This document shows, piece after piece, positions 16,161-27,760 of a DNA stretch of 64,000 bases. A program made the translations under genes and the position numbers. This DNA is from the human T2T-CHM13v2.0 reference genome, Homo sapiens: NCBI RefSeq assembly GCF_009914755.1, contig NC_060927.1. The stretch is one strand, 5' to 3'. Each line of letters opens with the position of its first letter. The first letter of the stretch is position 1. A model generated the notes under the pieces. It was not told the origin of the DNA and did not search any database. It saw only the letters and a list, made by a program, of their open reading frames with translations.

Positions 16161-17029
16161 TACCCACTGACTTATACACTCTCCTGCTTCCCATTTCTGC
16201 CAGGGACCCTTACCTGCTAGCCAAGTGAGGAGACAAGATCTTCACCTTTTGACTAATAGAATGCAGTGGGCCATGTATAGGACAAGCCACTGCATATGAG
16301 TTTGTAGGGGGTGTATGTGATCATAGACAAATTCATTAGAGGAGGTCAACCAGAGTCTGTTGACTACTGTTAACTGTTTATCAAAGGTAGACTTTTTGGG
16401 GTAGGAAAAAGGAGAAGGGAGTTTGGGAGAAAAACTTAAAGCTGATGTCATAAGAGGCACTATGCCTATCGGATTCTGTAGCAACAAAGGTCCATCTCCC
16501 TCATTTTGGTAATGGGGACAAGGTCACCCAAATTTGATTTCCACCCAACTTCTCAGAAACCTGACTATTTATGGAATACACCTGGGATATGCCTGCAGGC
16601 TTATATATTGTTGTTTCTGAACTTGACAGGAAAATTGGCTTTGATTTTGTTGAAGGTTTTCTGTTTTATTAATGTTGGATTTTCCTTCTAGATAGGAAAG
16701 CAGCTCAGTGATGTGTAAAACTTTCATTTTCATCTCTCTTTTTTTCCTCAGAATTTCATTCCATTTCATCACCTGCTGCTTCCTATCTAAGACTTTCCAG
16801 AGATGGATGGCAGTGTCCAGAAACCATTTTCTTACTCTGCTTATCTTGTTTGCTTAAACTCTGGCCTGGAGGGGCCTGCCTCTCCCTTGAGGAAGCCTAG
16901 GATTTTCACCTGATTTTGAGCCACCACCACACAGCAAACACCTTATGTTTATCTTTCCAGATTGCAGCATTTAAGCAGATCTTTGGAGGTAGAAAAGAAC
17001 ATGTGTTCTTGGGAGAAAGCTTGTTGGAA

Positions 17030-17275
17030 GAAGTGCTTAGATTTCAAAACCACATGGCTGTTTTTACATTCGAGTTTTGCCACTCATTAGCTGTGAGACC
17101 AAGGACAGGTTAACCAACCTGCAGGTTAACAAACCAAGGCGTAAACCTTGGTTTCTGTACATGCAACAAGGAAATAACAATGCTTGCCTTACAGGGTTGT
17201 GGTGGGGATTAAAACAATAAAACTAAAGCGTTCAGCGTAGTACCTACCGTGAAGTAGGTGCTCAGTAAATGTTTC
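17030..17275 (+). mobile_element. MIR SINE
   Basis: tgccactcattagctgtgagacc...cagggttgtggtggggattaaa...gtgctcagtaaatgtt. Confidence 0.8.
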
Positions 17276-17834
17276 CTTTTTCCTTCTGTCTCCTTGAACA
17301 ACAACAACAAAAACTCAAGTGTGCTCTGGTTTAGCACTAATCTTAGAAAGGCGCTAACAGGTAGGAGGAAACATCTCATTTTCAGAGCCTAGTTAATCAG
17401 TCTCCCAGTCCCAGTCTGGCACAATAATGTGTAAAAGAAGAAAGGAGCAGAGCCTTAGATCAAAGGAGGGTAGAGCCTGAGTGGGAATATAAGATGCATC
17501 TACATGAAAGAGCTGGATGCCCATCAGGCTGGCCCATTGAGAGTGAAGTACACAATGGCACTCATCATTGATATAAAGAGAAGGTCTTTGAGGAGGCTGG
17601 ATTGGAGAGTACCAAGAACTTTGTGGTCGTTGGTACCAATACCACAAAAGGATGGGAGAGGGGGCCTACTCTGGAGGGGACATTTGAGGAAGAAAGACGG
17701 TTTGTTCGCTGGGAAGCCCAGGCCACATTGGAGAAGTCATGTCAGGGAGGCAGCAGAGTATGGAATGAACACTGAAGTGAGTGGCTAGAGGGAGCTCTCG
17801 TGGATGGCTGATTAAGGAAATGACATCATTCAAT

Positions 17835-17910
17835 GATGTAACCTCAGCACCTAGCACAGTGCCTGGTACACAGTAGTTACACAATAAATAGTTACTGGCT
17901 AGATGAATGT
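17835..17910 (+). mobile_element. L2 LINE 3' end
   Basis: cagcacctagcacagtgcctggtacacagtag...aataaata...gatgaatg. Confidence 0.75.
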
Positions 17911-19714
17911 CTGTTTGGATGTCAAGGACTCTACCAAGTATCTCCCCTCCTGCCAACCCCCACTCTGGGTTAGGTGACCTCCCCTCTGTACCCGCAGGGC
18001 TCCAGGTGTACTTCTCTGTCATAAACCATGCCCCACTGGGATGGCCTTGTCTGTTTCTGGCCTGTGACCTCCATTTGACTTCAGTCTTTCTGAGGACAGG
18101 ACTGAACTCTGTATCCTCAGCCTGGGTGGGGAGCCTGGCTTATGGAACACGTGGGTTAGGTTAATGGCCAAAACATGAACTGAAGGATAGGGAGCAGCTC
18201 CCAGATAGGAACTGAGAAAGAGTAGAGAGGAAGTTTGCAAAATTCAGAGGCCCTTCAGGGCTACAAATTACACTCTCTAATTACAGTGTAATTGTGGGCA
18301 CCTACAGTTGTGGACCTAAACTCAACTAAGTTGACAGTAGGTCATATTTGGAGAAATTCAGGCTATTTAGTAACAAGATATTTGTGAAAAAAAATGAACT
18401 ATTTTGTAGCATTGAACAAGGGTAGGTTCCTTGAATAGTGCCTTGAAAATCATTTACTTAAATGCTATCATTTTATGGATACTGAAAGTGTGACATCAGT
18501 GCCCAAGATTACATGGCTTAAACTTAGAGGGTAGGGTGGGACCCAGAATCCTGACTTGTGAATCTCCCTTGCTAGAGTTTTCTGCCTCATGCCAGAGCCT
18601 CCTCCTGCACAGGGATTTCTCACGCCCTCCCCACCCTGCAGCTTCAATAGGGATTTTCCCTGGACATACTGGCTGCTCTTCTCCATAGTAGGCATTTTTC
18701 CATGAAGCAAGTGTCATTATGCCCATGCACAGATGAAGAAACTGAAGCCATGCATATGGAGGAAGCAAACCAATACACATCCAAAGCAATGCACATCCAA
18801 TGACATGGATGATCCAAAGCCACTCAGCTGTAACTGCTGGAGCTGAGACTTGAGCCCAGTGCTCCTAACCCCTGCATTAGTGCCATTCTACTGATGCCAG
18901 GTTGAAAAGAAGCTGTACACATGCAGAAGACACTTTTGGGAGCCTTTGCAATAGCAGATGTTTTATAGCTGAGCAGATCAAGCTGGGAAGAAATGGTCGC
19001 TTTTCATAGCCATCTCTCTGCACTTGTTGGCCTTCCCTGACAGTAGCAACGTTCTTCATTCTTAGATCCCTTTCATCACTAAGGGGATGCCACTAAACTG
19101 AATTTCTTAGCATGGAAATGTTACATTCCAGGGATTGATTTTCCTGCATAGTATTTCTAGAAAAGTTAATCGCCTCATTAGTCATATTTACATTTTATTT
19201 TAATTGCATCCTCGAGAGCAAATGTATTCATTTTTTTCCTATGTTATAGTTCTCTCTTTAACAACCCCTTAATAAAGCAGAGACAAGATCAGAGCACATG
19301 AAGAGCACTTTGCTTTCTTAAAATATGCCACCTCCCAAAAATGTAGGGCCCAATTATCACTGCGGCTATAAGCTAATTATCAGATACAAAATATGGATCA
19401 CAACTAATTATCAGAATCTGACCTTATTTCCAAGTCATAGATTCCTATAAACTAGGTTAACATTAGAGATTTAAGCAGGAACTCAAGAACTGCAGTAACC
19501 CATGGAAATGAATGTTTATATTTCTAACAAATGGCTAAGGCAAGAGATGATTTTCTGAGGCTTATGTCTGGTGAAATTTTCCAGAAGTTCACGCTCTGCA
19601 AGGCCTTATTAGTAGAACATGGATGATGAACGGTCCATTTCATTAGTAACCTGAAACCTTCTATTTGGAGATAAAGATGACTGCTTCCATTTAAAAAAAA
19701 AAATTTCAAAAACT

Positions 19715-20100
19715 AAACACTCAGGCATGCTGTCTACAGAGTTCTATGCTAGGTGAAGTGAACGGTTGTGAGATGACTAAGCCAGTATCCCTGCCCTCAA
19801 GGGGTCAAATCAGGTAGGTGGAAATAAGATGTGTTCCTAAATCCCAGGCAGTAGAGCACTGAAATTCTGTGTGGGTAGCTGTGGGTGAAATTCTCAAGGG
19901 AAAGCCCTCATCTGGCCTAGTAATATTGGAACTGGGCTTTGATAGGTCACCAGGATCTCATTAGGATTTTATTAATGATGGAGGAAGCATCATGGATGGA
20001 AGACATGGCATGAGATGTTGAAAGGGAGGTGGACAGATGCATTGTATGTTAAAGGAATTTAGGAACAGTAATAGAATTTGCATGCCTGGAGCGGAGATCT
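19715..20100 (-). mobile_element. L2 LINE fragment
   Basis: Degenerate L2 motifs: tatgctagg, tccctgccctcaagggg, gaactgggctttga. Confidence 0.5.
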
Positions 20101-20639
20101 TCATGGTGAAAGCTTGAGCTGGTTAAGTCTAGGAAGGGGGTGATATCTTTGGGAAGAGCTCTCAATTGTTTGTTTTCCTGGGAAGGAAAGGTCTATAACT
20201 TTTGTCATCTATTCAAAAGGGCCAATGATTACCCCAAAAGTTTAGACCTACTCTCCTGGTGAACAGTTTTTGTCAACTAAGCATTGTAGAACAGAGGGAG
20301 ATATGCAAAATTTTGTGCTGGACTGACTCTGGGGGGCCTTGAAGGCCAGGGTTAAATGTCTAGACACTATTGGGACCCATGACAAAAAAAAAAAAAGGTC
20401 AGGTGGGGTCCAAGACAGAATGAAGGTGAGAGGGGGTAGGTGGGAATTGGATGGTGTCCTGCGAAAGGCAGGAAAGCCAGAGGGAGGCTGCTGTGTTTCC
20501 AGGAGGAGGGGGAGGGCCCTGACCAGCAGGGAGCAGAGACAGAGAAGACCCAAGAAGCCATGGAGGATAAGAAGCTATGGAGGATAAGGTGAAAAAGTTT
20601 GGCACCCAATTAGCAGAAGTTAGGCATGTAAAGACCCAT

Positions 20640-21010
20640 GGCAGTAGTATGTGATGTTGGGGTGTGGGCTCTGTCATCAGATTCCCTGGGTTCAAGCCCC
20701 AGTTCCACTGCGTCCTGCATGTGCAATCTGGGGAAATGTACCTAACCTCACTGTGCCTTGGTTTCCTTAGCTAACATACTAGCTCTTGCCTCAAAGTTTT
20801 ATGGGAAAGGATTAAGTGAGCAAATGCACAAAAACTACCTGGAACCACCCATGATAAGTGTCCTAAGAGTGTTAGTTCTGATTCCCAGATGGCTGACAGC
20901 TCCAGAGGGGCAGGGCTTTGTGTTGTGTGCACTGCTGCCCCCCATGGCCTGGAACTGTGCTGGGAACACAAGAGGGACTCCATAAATGTGTGTTCAATGT
21001 GGAATGGGTG
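20640..21010 (+). mobile_element. MIR (20640-20880) followed by an L2 3' end (20895-21010)
   Basis: ctgggttcaagccccagttccac...cctcactgtgccttggtttcc; then agctccagagggcagggctttgtg...ataaatgtgtgttcaatg. Confidence 0.75.
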
Positions 21011-21564
21011 GCTCAGGGTGATGTGCCAGGGAATTAAGACACAGGTGTGTTCCTGATGGAGCTAAAAGTGCTGATGAGCAGGAGACTAAAGAGAGCTACA
21101 TGGAGAGGGTTCTGGGGGGCCATCAGACCCTGCTCAGTCTTCCCCTCAAGCCTTCCTGTCAAACCCTCACTCAACCATCAGCTTGCTCAGTCCTCTTGGT
21201 GGCCCCCTCTGAGGATGGCAGGGTGGATATAATTATCCTTACTTTTCAGATGAGAGGATGAGGTCAGGGCAGTGAAGAAGCTTGCCCTATTAAGACACCC
21301 ACTTGGAAGCAGCTGAAGTGAGCCTACTCCCAGGCACTGATGGTCTCTTCTCCATTCAGGCTGAACCTGCAACCTTTCTGCTTTCCAAAATTGCAATGGG
21401 AGGTATTTGTCTATTAAGAAGAAATGTCCAGGGAAAATATTTTAAATAATGAAAAATAAGGGCTCTTAGTTATAAAGAAAGACCTCATTCAAGACATTAA
21501 TGGTTTTGCTTAATGATGGAGTTAAGAATAACATCCTAATACACCGATCTGGGGAGGAACTGGC

Positions 21565-21765
21565 ATAATACCCTAGCCCTTCCACTGACCATGTCTGTGG
21601 CAATTGATGAATTGCTTAATCTCTCTGGGCCTCAGTTTCCTCATCTGTAAAATGATATAATAAATCTTCTTCATGTGCTGTTAGGGGAATTAAATAACAT
21701 GTTTGTAAATAACTCAGCGAGGTTCCTGGCATATAGGAAGAGTTCAATACAAGTTTGCCATCATT
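21565..21765 (+). mobile_element. MIR SINE
   Basis: Near-consensus core ctctctgggcctcagtttcctcatctgtaaaatga. Confidence 0.85.
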
Positions 21766-24422
21766 TTCTTGCATCGTTATGCCTTTGTTCTTATAGCCTG
21801 GCACTGAGAGAATAATATATGTACCGTTGTGAACGCTGAAAGACTGGTTCTCCAGATGGTAGGAGAGTAAACTTGGTGGGGAGGGTTGGTGTGATATCAG
21901 TAGGGAAGAAAGCTCATGGAGTAGGGGCTGGGGGTCATGGGAAGAAGACTGCCTATGACTCTTACTATAGCTGCCTCACTGCCAACTTGATGGCTTGATG
22001 AGGAGCTGCTTTAATACGATCCCCAAAATCCTCTTGGAAATGAACTCCACAAGGGTAAGGGTGGGCTTGACTTTCCCAGGTAAGTGAAATGTGTAGATTC
22101 CAGGAAATCCCTGGTCCTCAGGGGTAGCCCCAGCTCTGACACTTCCTGGCTGTCTGAGTGTCCTGGCCCTCGGCAATGGGAAGGCCGAAGGATGATTGTC
22201 ATCAGAGCCCAGTGGATACCTGGCTCAGGGGAGGTGCTTCACTTCTGACTGTTAGAGCCAGCCCTGTAATGTCTGGGCCCATCACCAATAGGGCTGCCTG
22301 ATGTGGCATCCAGAGTAACAAGGCCTGCGGTTGACCTGATGGGTAACTGGTGTTAACCACAGTGGTGGGCAACACAGGGACCCTTTTGTGCTTTGTACAC
22401 ATAGATACTGAGTTCAGGATCTGATTTTCGTGGGTGTGCTATTTCTTTTATTCCTTCATCATTTCCTGACCATCTCTTAGGGTCAGATCTTGTGCCAAGC
22501 CAAGCAAATCCAGAGAAGGATGAATTTCTGCCTTCAGTGAGTTTGCAGCCTGGAGAGGGAGACAGAGGAGTTAACGATCAGGACCAGACATAGGGTCAGA
22601 GCGCTGGCAGAGGGAAGCCCTGAGCAGAGGGGCATAAGAGAAGATATTACTTACTCAGCCTAGGGGCCAGAAAGCAAGATTCCTCGAGGCTTTTCTGATT
22701 TCTCCTAAGCTGCCAATATTTCAGTTTTCTCAATTCACATGGAAATACTAATGTTGGTCATTTTCTCAAAGTGAGCTTTTCTGAATCAACTTCTATTTTG
22801 CAACCAATGTGGTAGGTAAACCCTCAGGGGAGAGGAATTAAAGGGCCGGCAGATAAATGGATGTGAATGGACACATTTCCTTTATCTGGAGCATTAGTTG
22901 GTTTCTAACATAAGTCCATTTAGACCCCATGCTCTATAACACTGTGTAAATGAGAAAAGCTAAATCAAACAGCCCAGTACTGCAGTCTCAATTTGCCCAC
23001 CCCTTTCCTACATCCCTGACTTTCTAGGAAGAGGATCTCTCTGGGTTGCCCTAGGAGACCTCATGGCTGTGGATTTCACACAGGAAGCTGGCTTACACCT
23101 CACCCCACCAGCCCTGCTTCTTTCCAGGTTTAGGGCAGTTGCTCTCCTATAGTGGGAGGTGGAAGTCCCCTGCACCACTCTCCTCTGGCCTGGAGTCCCC
23201 TCCAAGAATACGATAGAAGTTACTTTCCTATCATAACTCCTGCCGGGCTCTAAACCAAAGATAACTTTGCCTCTCTGAGAAATTCCACCTACATTGTTGC
23301 AGTTTACCCAGGGCAGGACACAGTTGCATTCTGCACCAAGGCAGATGGAAAATCTTGCCATGGCCTGAAAGGACCATGCTGTTTCTTGCCATAGTGCCTT
23401 TGCATGTGCTGCTTTCTATGCTTGGAATTCTTTTTACTTCCACACTTCTTCAAGAGTTAGCTAAAAGGTCAATTCTTCTAGGTGCTACAGAAGCCTGTGC
23501 TCGCTTCTCCTGACACTGATCACACAGTATTTAAAATGGCTGTTTTTGCAGAAGCTTCCTTTTATAGACTGAAAGCTCCTGTCTGCCAATAGTCTGCAAG
23601 CTGCAGGAGTGGCTAACCAATTATTATTATAGTTAGTATTAATATTAATAGTGGTAGTGGTAGAGTACTGTAGAGAAGTAATTTCAGGTGAGAACTCAGC
23701 ATGAGTGAAATGCATCAGGTATGCAGGGAAGGCCAGGAGAGTGGTGGGTCCATGCCGTAGAGCCCCGGGTACTCAGTTTGCAAACTACTGGTCATGATGA
23801 TGTCAGTCCTCCCTAAACATGTGAACATCCTCTTCTGAGAAGCACCTCTTTCTGGTTCCAAGTTTTCAATCTCAGCAAGTCTCAGGTAGCAGCAAAAAGA
23901 ACCATACTCCACATTGAGGGGTCCCTATTCTACAGGCAGGCATGCCCACCCTCATGAGATATTATATTGAAGTATTCTATTATCTTTCTGAGCTGCTCAA
24001 TACAATTATGAAGTATACACGTGTGTGATGTGGGTTTTAAGTGCAAAGAGAAATCAAGCCTCCTCACCCTTTTGTGTGGCTACTAAAGAATCATTTAATC
24101 TATTACCCAGTTCCATGTGAGCAGACTTCAGCAAAACAAATAATAAATGTTTGTAACCAGCTCCCTGGCTGAGCAGGCAGAGCTGCAGACTGCATAGATA
24201 GCTTTTTATTTTCCTTTTCCTTGCCCTGCCCTGGCTGAGCCAAAGTCCCTCTCCCAGAGCTGCCATGACTCATTATGTGACTACTGTACCCCTGTGTTTC
24301 CCCACTTTTTGTAAGCTCATGGTATGCTAGTAGGGTGGGAAAACTTGGGTTCTTGTCCCAGCTCTGCTGTGTGACCTTGAGTGAATCACATCTCTCCTCT
24401 GGGCCCATTTCCTTGTCTGAAC

Positions 24423-24910
24423 CAGGGTTCTTAAACACCCTGGTTTTTATATGAGGGGTCTCTGTAGCAGTCTGATGAAGCCCCTATGTACATTATCTCA
24501 GCATAAAGATTCTTAATCAGCAAAATATAATACATTTGATTATAAAATAAGCTAATTATATTGAAGTAGAGTTATCAAAATATTAAAAATTGTGATCTTG
24601 AGATACATATGCTTCCTTCACACATTAAGTGACAAGATCTAGTTGTGGGTTTAATACCTAATCTAATTCTGAAGTAGTGATTAATGTAAATGACATTTTG
24701 AGATGTCTGGGGCAACTATGTCACATAAACACCAGTGATTTCTGTTGGTCACAATGTTCTAGATCCACAGCTAGGAGAGCTGTGGTCTGTCACCTGCATG
24801 CATAATGAAGGACATTCTATATTGCTATGAGATTAGTGAGGATCAAGTGTTTCCCACCTAAATTTTAGTACCCCCTGAATTCTACCCAGGAACTCCAGTA
24901 GTGAACCCTG
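24423..24910. mobile_element. hAT-Charlie non-autonomous element (Charlie4a-like) nested in a MIR/MIR3
   Basis: TIRs cagggttc...gaaccctg; interior gcagtctgatgaagcc...aattatattgaagtagagttatcaaaatatt. MIR sequence on both sides (24340-24422 and 24911-24950). Confidence 0.75.
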
Positions 24911-26099
24911 GGCTAGATGGTATTGCTGGGCTTTTTTCTAGCTCTGGCACTTGAGTGGTGTCTGCTTTTGCAAGAGGTAGGCTGCCATCTCCCAGCTAGA
25001 ACCAAAATGATAAAAGGGGAGAGGAGTAAAGCTCCTGCTTTCTTCACTCCACGTCCATGCTAACTGAGCACCTGCCACATGTAAAGCTTTGATATGCATT
25101 GCAGTCTCCAGGGCTCACAGTCACACTGTGAGGCAGGTAAAGTCATCCTTATCTTAGGGAATACAAGAAGTGCATGTGGACAGAGTGTGGAAAATAAATC
25201 TTTTAAAAGTTAAATATGTAAATGATAATTTAAAACCCTGGCAGAACCCCAGCAGTCCTTCATTAAACAACCCCTTCCGTTGCCTCCTCTGACATAGGAA
25301 TGTCTAAATCCCTACTATATCCTCCTTCAGTATCTTGTCACCCTTTTGTAGGAGGGGCCATCTTGCACCTTGAGCCCTGACATGGAGGAGGTTTCTTCAT
25401 CTTTCTGAGCCTCAGTTGATTTATCTGTGAAGGGGACTAATAACTACTTCATAGGATTAAACAACTCAATTATGGAGTATCACACCCAGAACAGCACGGC
25501 CATTTGACCCTCTCTGGACAAGTCTAACAGTGACCCCTGGGTGCTGTTCTTGCAGCTGGAGTGCTTGTGTTCAATCCCAGAAGCCCCTGCCAGGGCCTTT
25601 GCTTCTGCTGCTCTGGATCTGTTCTGAAAGATGGAGCAGTAACCATTGGCTACCTTATACCTGCCCGGTGAGCAAGCGTGAACAGATAGCAGAGTACTCT
25701 GGGGAGCTGCCTCTCAGTCTGACTGAAGGAGGGCCTGCCCACTCCATTATAAGGATGGCTTCCAGCTGCTAAAAACACTTCTAAAACATCCAAATCACTT
25801 CCCTCCTCAGACCTAAGACAGGCCATCAACAGTTATGCAATCCCTTTTGCTGAAGAAGGATTGTAGGGAGCGTCTACTTATGCAAAAGGTTTTGATCTCC
25901 TTTTCCTGTTTCTGGTTTCATTGCTAATTATCACTAAAGTTTTAGGCTGGCCACTTCACCTCATCATGCTTCAGGTTCTTACTCTATAAAAAGTGGAGTA
26001 GAATGTCTTTCCTGCCTATGGAGAATCATGTTTTAGCACTTGTAATTAAAATCAAAGCAAAATAAAACCAAATCACATGGAAAGAAAAAAAGCATAGCT

Positions 26100-26710
26100 T
26101 TCTTAAACAACTTTGGGTACAAATGAAAATCAAAACCACAATGACCACCTATTACTAGAACAACCAAAACTTATGGGATGTGACCAAAGCTGTACTTAGA
26201 AGCAAACCCATAGCCTTAAATACCTTCTGAATCAATGAGAAAGAATGAAAGCATCCAACACAAGAAGTTAAAAAAGATTCATCTGAGGAAATTAAGAAGC
26301 AATAAGCCATAAGTATAAGTAGAAATTAATGTATTAGAAAAGAGAATAACATTAGAATTTATAAGTGAATCTAAAAGCTTATTCTTTAAAGAAACCAGTA
26401 GACATTCTTTTCTTAGATATAATTGAGAAAATAAGAGATAAAGCACAAAGATTAAAGATGACAAAGGGAATATCAAAAGCACAAAGATTAAAGATGACAA
26501 AGGGAATATCACCATGGATATGGAATAGATTAAGTCAAATTACAAGAAGATAATACATATAGATCTCAGCTAAGATATTGGAAAATCTCTGAAATGTATG
26601 GCATTCTGAGAAAGTATGCATTATCAGATTTGGCTCAAAAAGTTAACTTGGCTAACAACCATGGAAGCAATTTAAAATGATGATTAATGAATTATCCAAA
26701 AGAAGAGAAA
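26100..26710 (+). mobile_element. Ancient L1M ORF2 fragment
   Basis: caaaacttatgggatg...aaagctgtacttaga...atagccttaaat corresponds to the QNLWD..KAV.RG.FIALN region of ORF2; heavily degraded. Confidence 0.75.
26440..26511. repeat. Perfect 2 x 36-bp tandem duplication
   Basis: aaagcacaaagattaaagatgacaaagggaatatca at 26440-26475 and 26476-26511. Confidence 0.97.
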
Positions 26711-27529
26711 TGAGCTTCAGAGAAGAATCAAAACAGACTTAGTATTTTACAGGAGCAGGCAAAGGGATGGGGCCAGACAATGAGCAGGTGGTCTTCACCT
26801 GACTTCACCTGCAAGGGCAGGTGTGTGGAAGGTGAGGCCAGGTGAGCCGAAGGTCTGGGATGATTGGATTTGGAGACCAATCCACAGCGTCCTGTCTTTG
26901 AGGCTCAGGCCCTGCCTTCTGGGCCCTGCGTTTCACCTTCACAGTCATCTAGGGAGCCCCTTACCACTTACTCACCACTGAGTTTGACTGTCAATGGGAA
27001 AGGGTTTTAGAAGTTTTGAGCACTTGTTCAAATGCAATTTTAACAGTAACTTGAGGAGAAGAACTATCCTTATCTTGGTCAGGAAGTTGATTTATACAAA
27101 GCTATTGTGTTGAAAACTTCACAACTTCAGGTAATTCCTATGGACTTGAATGTGTTATCCTGAGAGGAGAAGCCAGGAGCACTGGGGGCAGAGAGAGTTG
27201 CCCTGGAAAGCAAATTCGCCTTTCTCTCTAGGTCAACACCCAGACTTAACTGGTCTCTAAGATACTATAAAGTCTCTCTAGACCAGAAGGTCAGAAGATG
27301 TGGGGATTTTAAAGGCCCACTTCCCTGGAACTATTAAATGCATCATAGGCTTTACTTCATTTGTTTAAATGGTGCTGTTGGCAAATACAGCCTTGGGAGT
27401 GAGGGGCACCTTATCCAATAAGTAGTAAAATTCTAGATGGAAATATTAAGCCTCAATGGGCTACTTTTATAATCCCATGGAAGGATTAATTTAATATGAT
27501 CTGCCCAACCATGGTGGAAAGAGAAGGGA

Positions 27530-27760
27530 ACTAATGGTTTTCATGTTTTCATGATTTTCCACCCATTTTGCATTCACTACCCCATATAACATTCACCACC
27601 ACTGATTGATGGGCAGATATTATTATCCCGTTCAACAGAATTGGTAACTGAAGCTTTACGCAATCAAATAATTTGCCAATGGTTTTTCAGGTAGCAAGTG
27701 ACAGAGATGAGCTTTGCCCCTTGATTCTAAGACCTTTGATATTTCTACTCCACCATCCTA
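27530..27760 (-). mobile_element. MIR SINE
   Basis: attattatcccgttcaacaga...aactgaagc...aatttgccaatgg...gtagcaagtgacagag. Confidence 0.65.

Noticed and set aside
16243-16390. Two small hairpins (atgcagtgg..ccactgcat; gtcaac..gttgac) suggesting an H/ACA snoRNA or MITE
   Set aside because: No correctly placed H and ACA boxes or long stems; the sequence resembles a decayed L2 interior.
16940-17115. Good splice acceptor (ttatctttccag at 16949-16960)
   Set aside because: No convincing downstream donor or coding frame; isolated acceptors are common.
26440-26511. 36-bp direct repeat of CRISPR-like length
   Set aside because: Two abutting copies with no spacer and no cas genes, in eukaryotic DNA.
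26279-26553. ORFs with repeated peptides (IFPLSSLIFVL x2 / KAQRLKMTKGIS x2)
   Set aside because: Produced by the in-frame 36-bp tandem duplication in a dead L1M.
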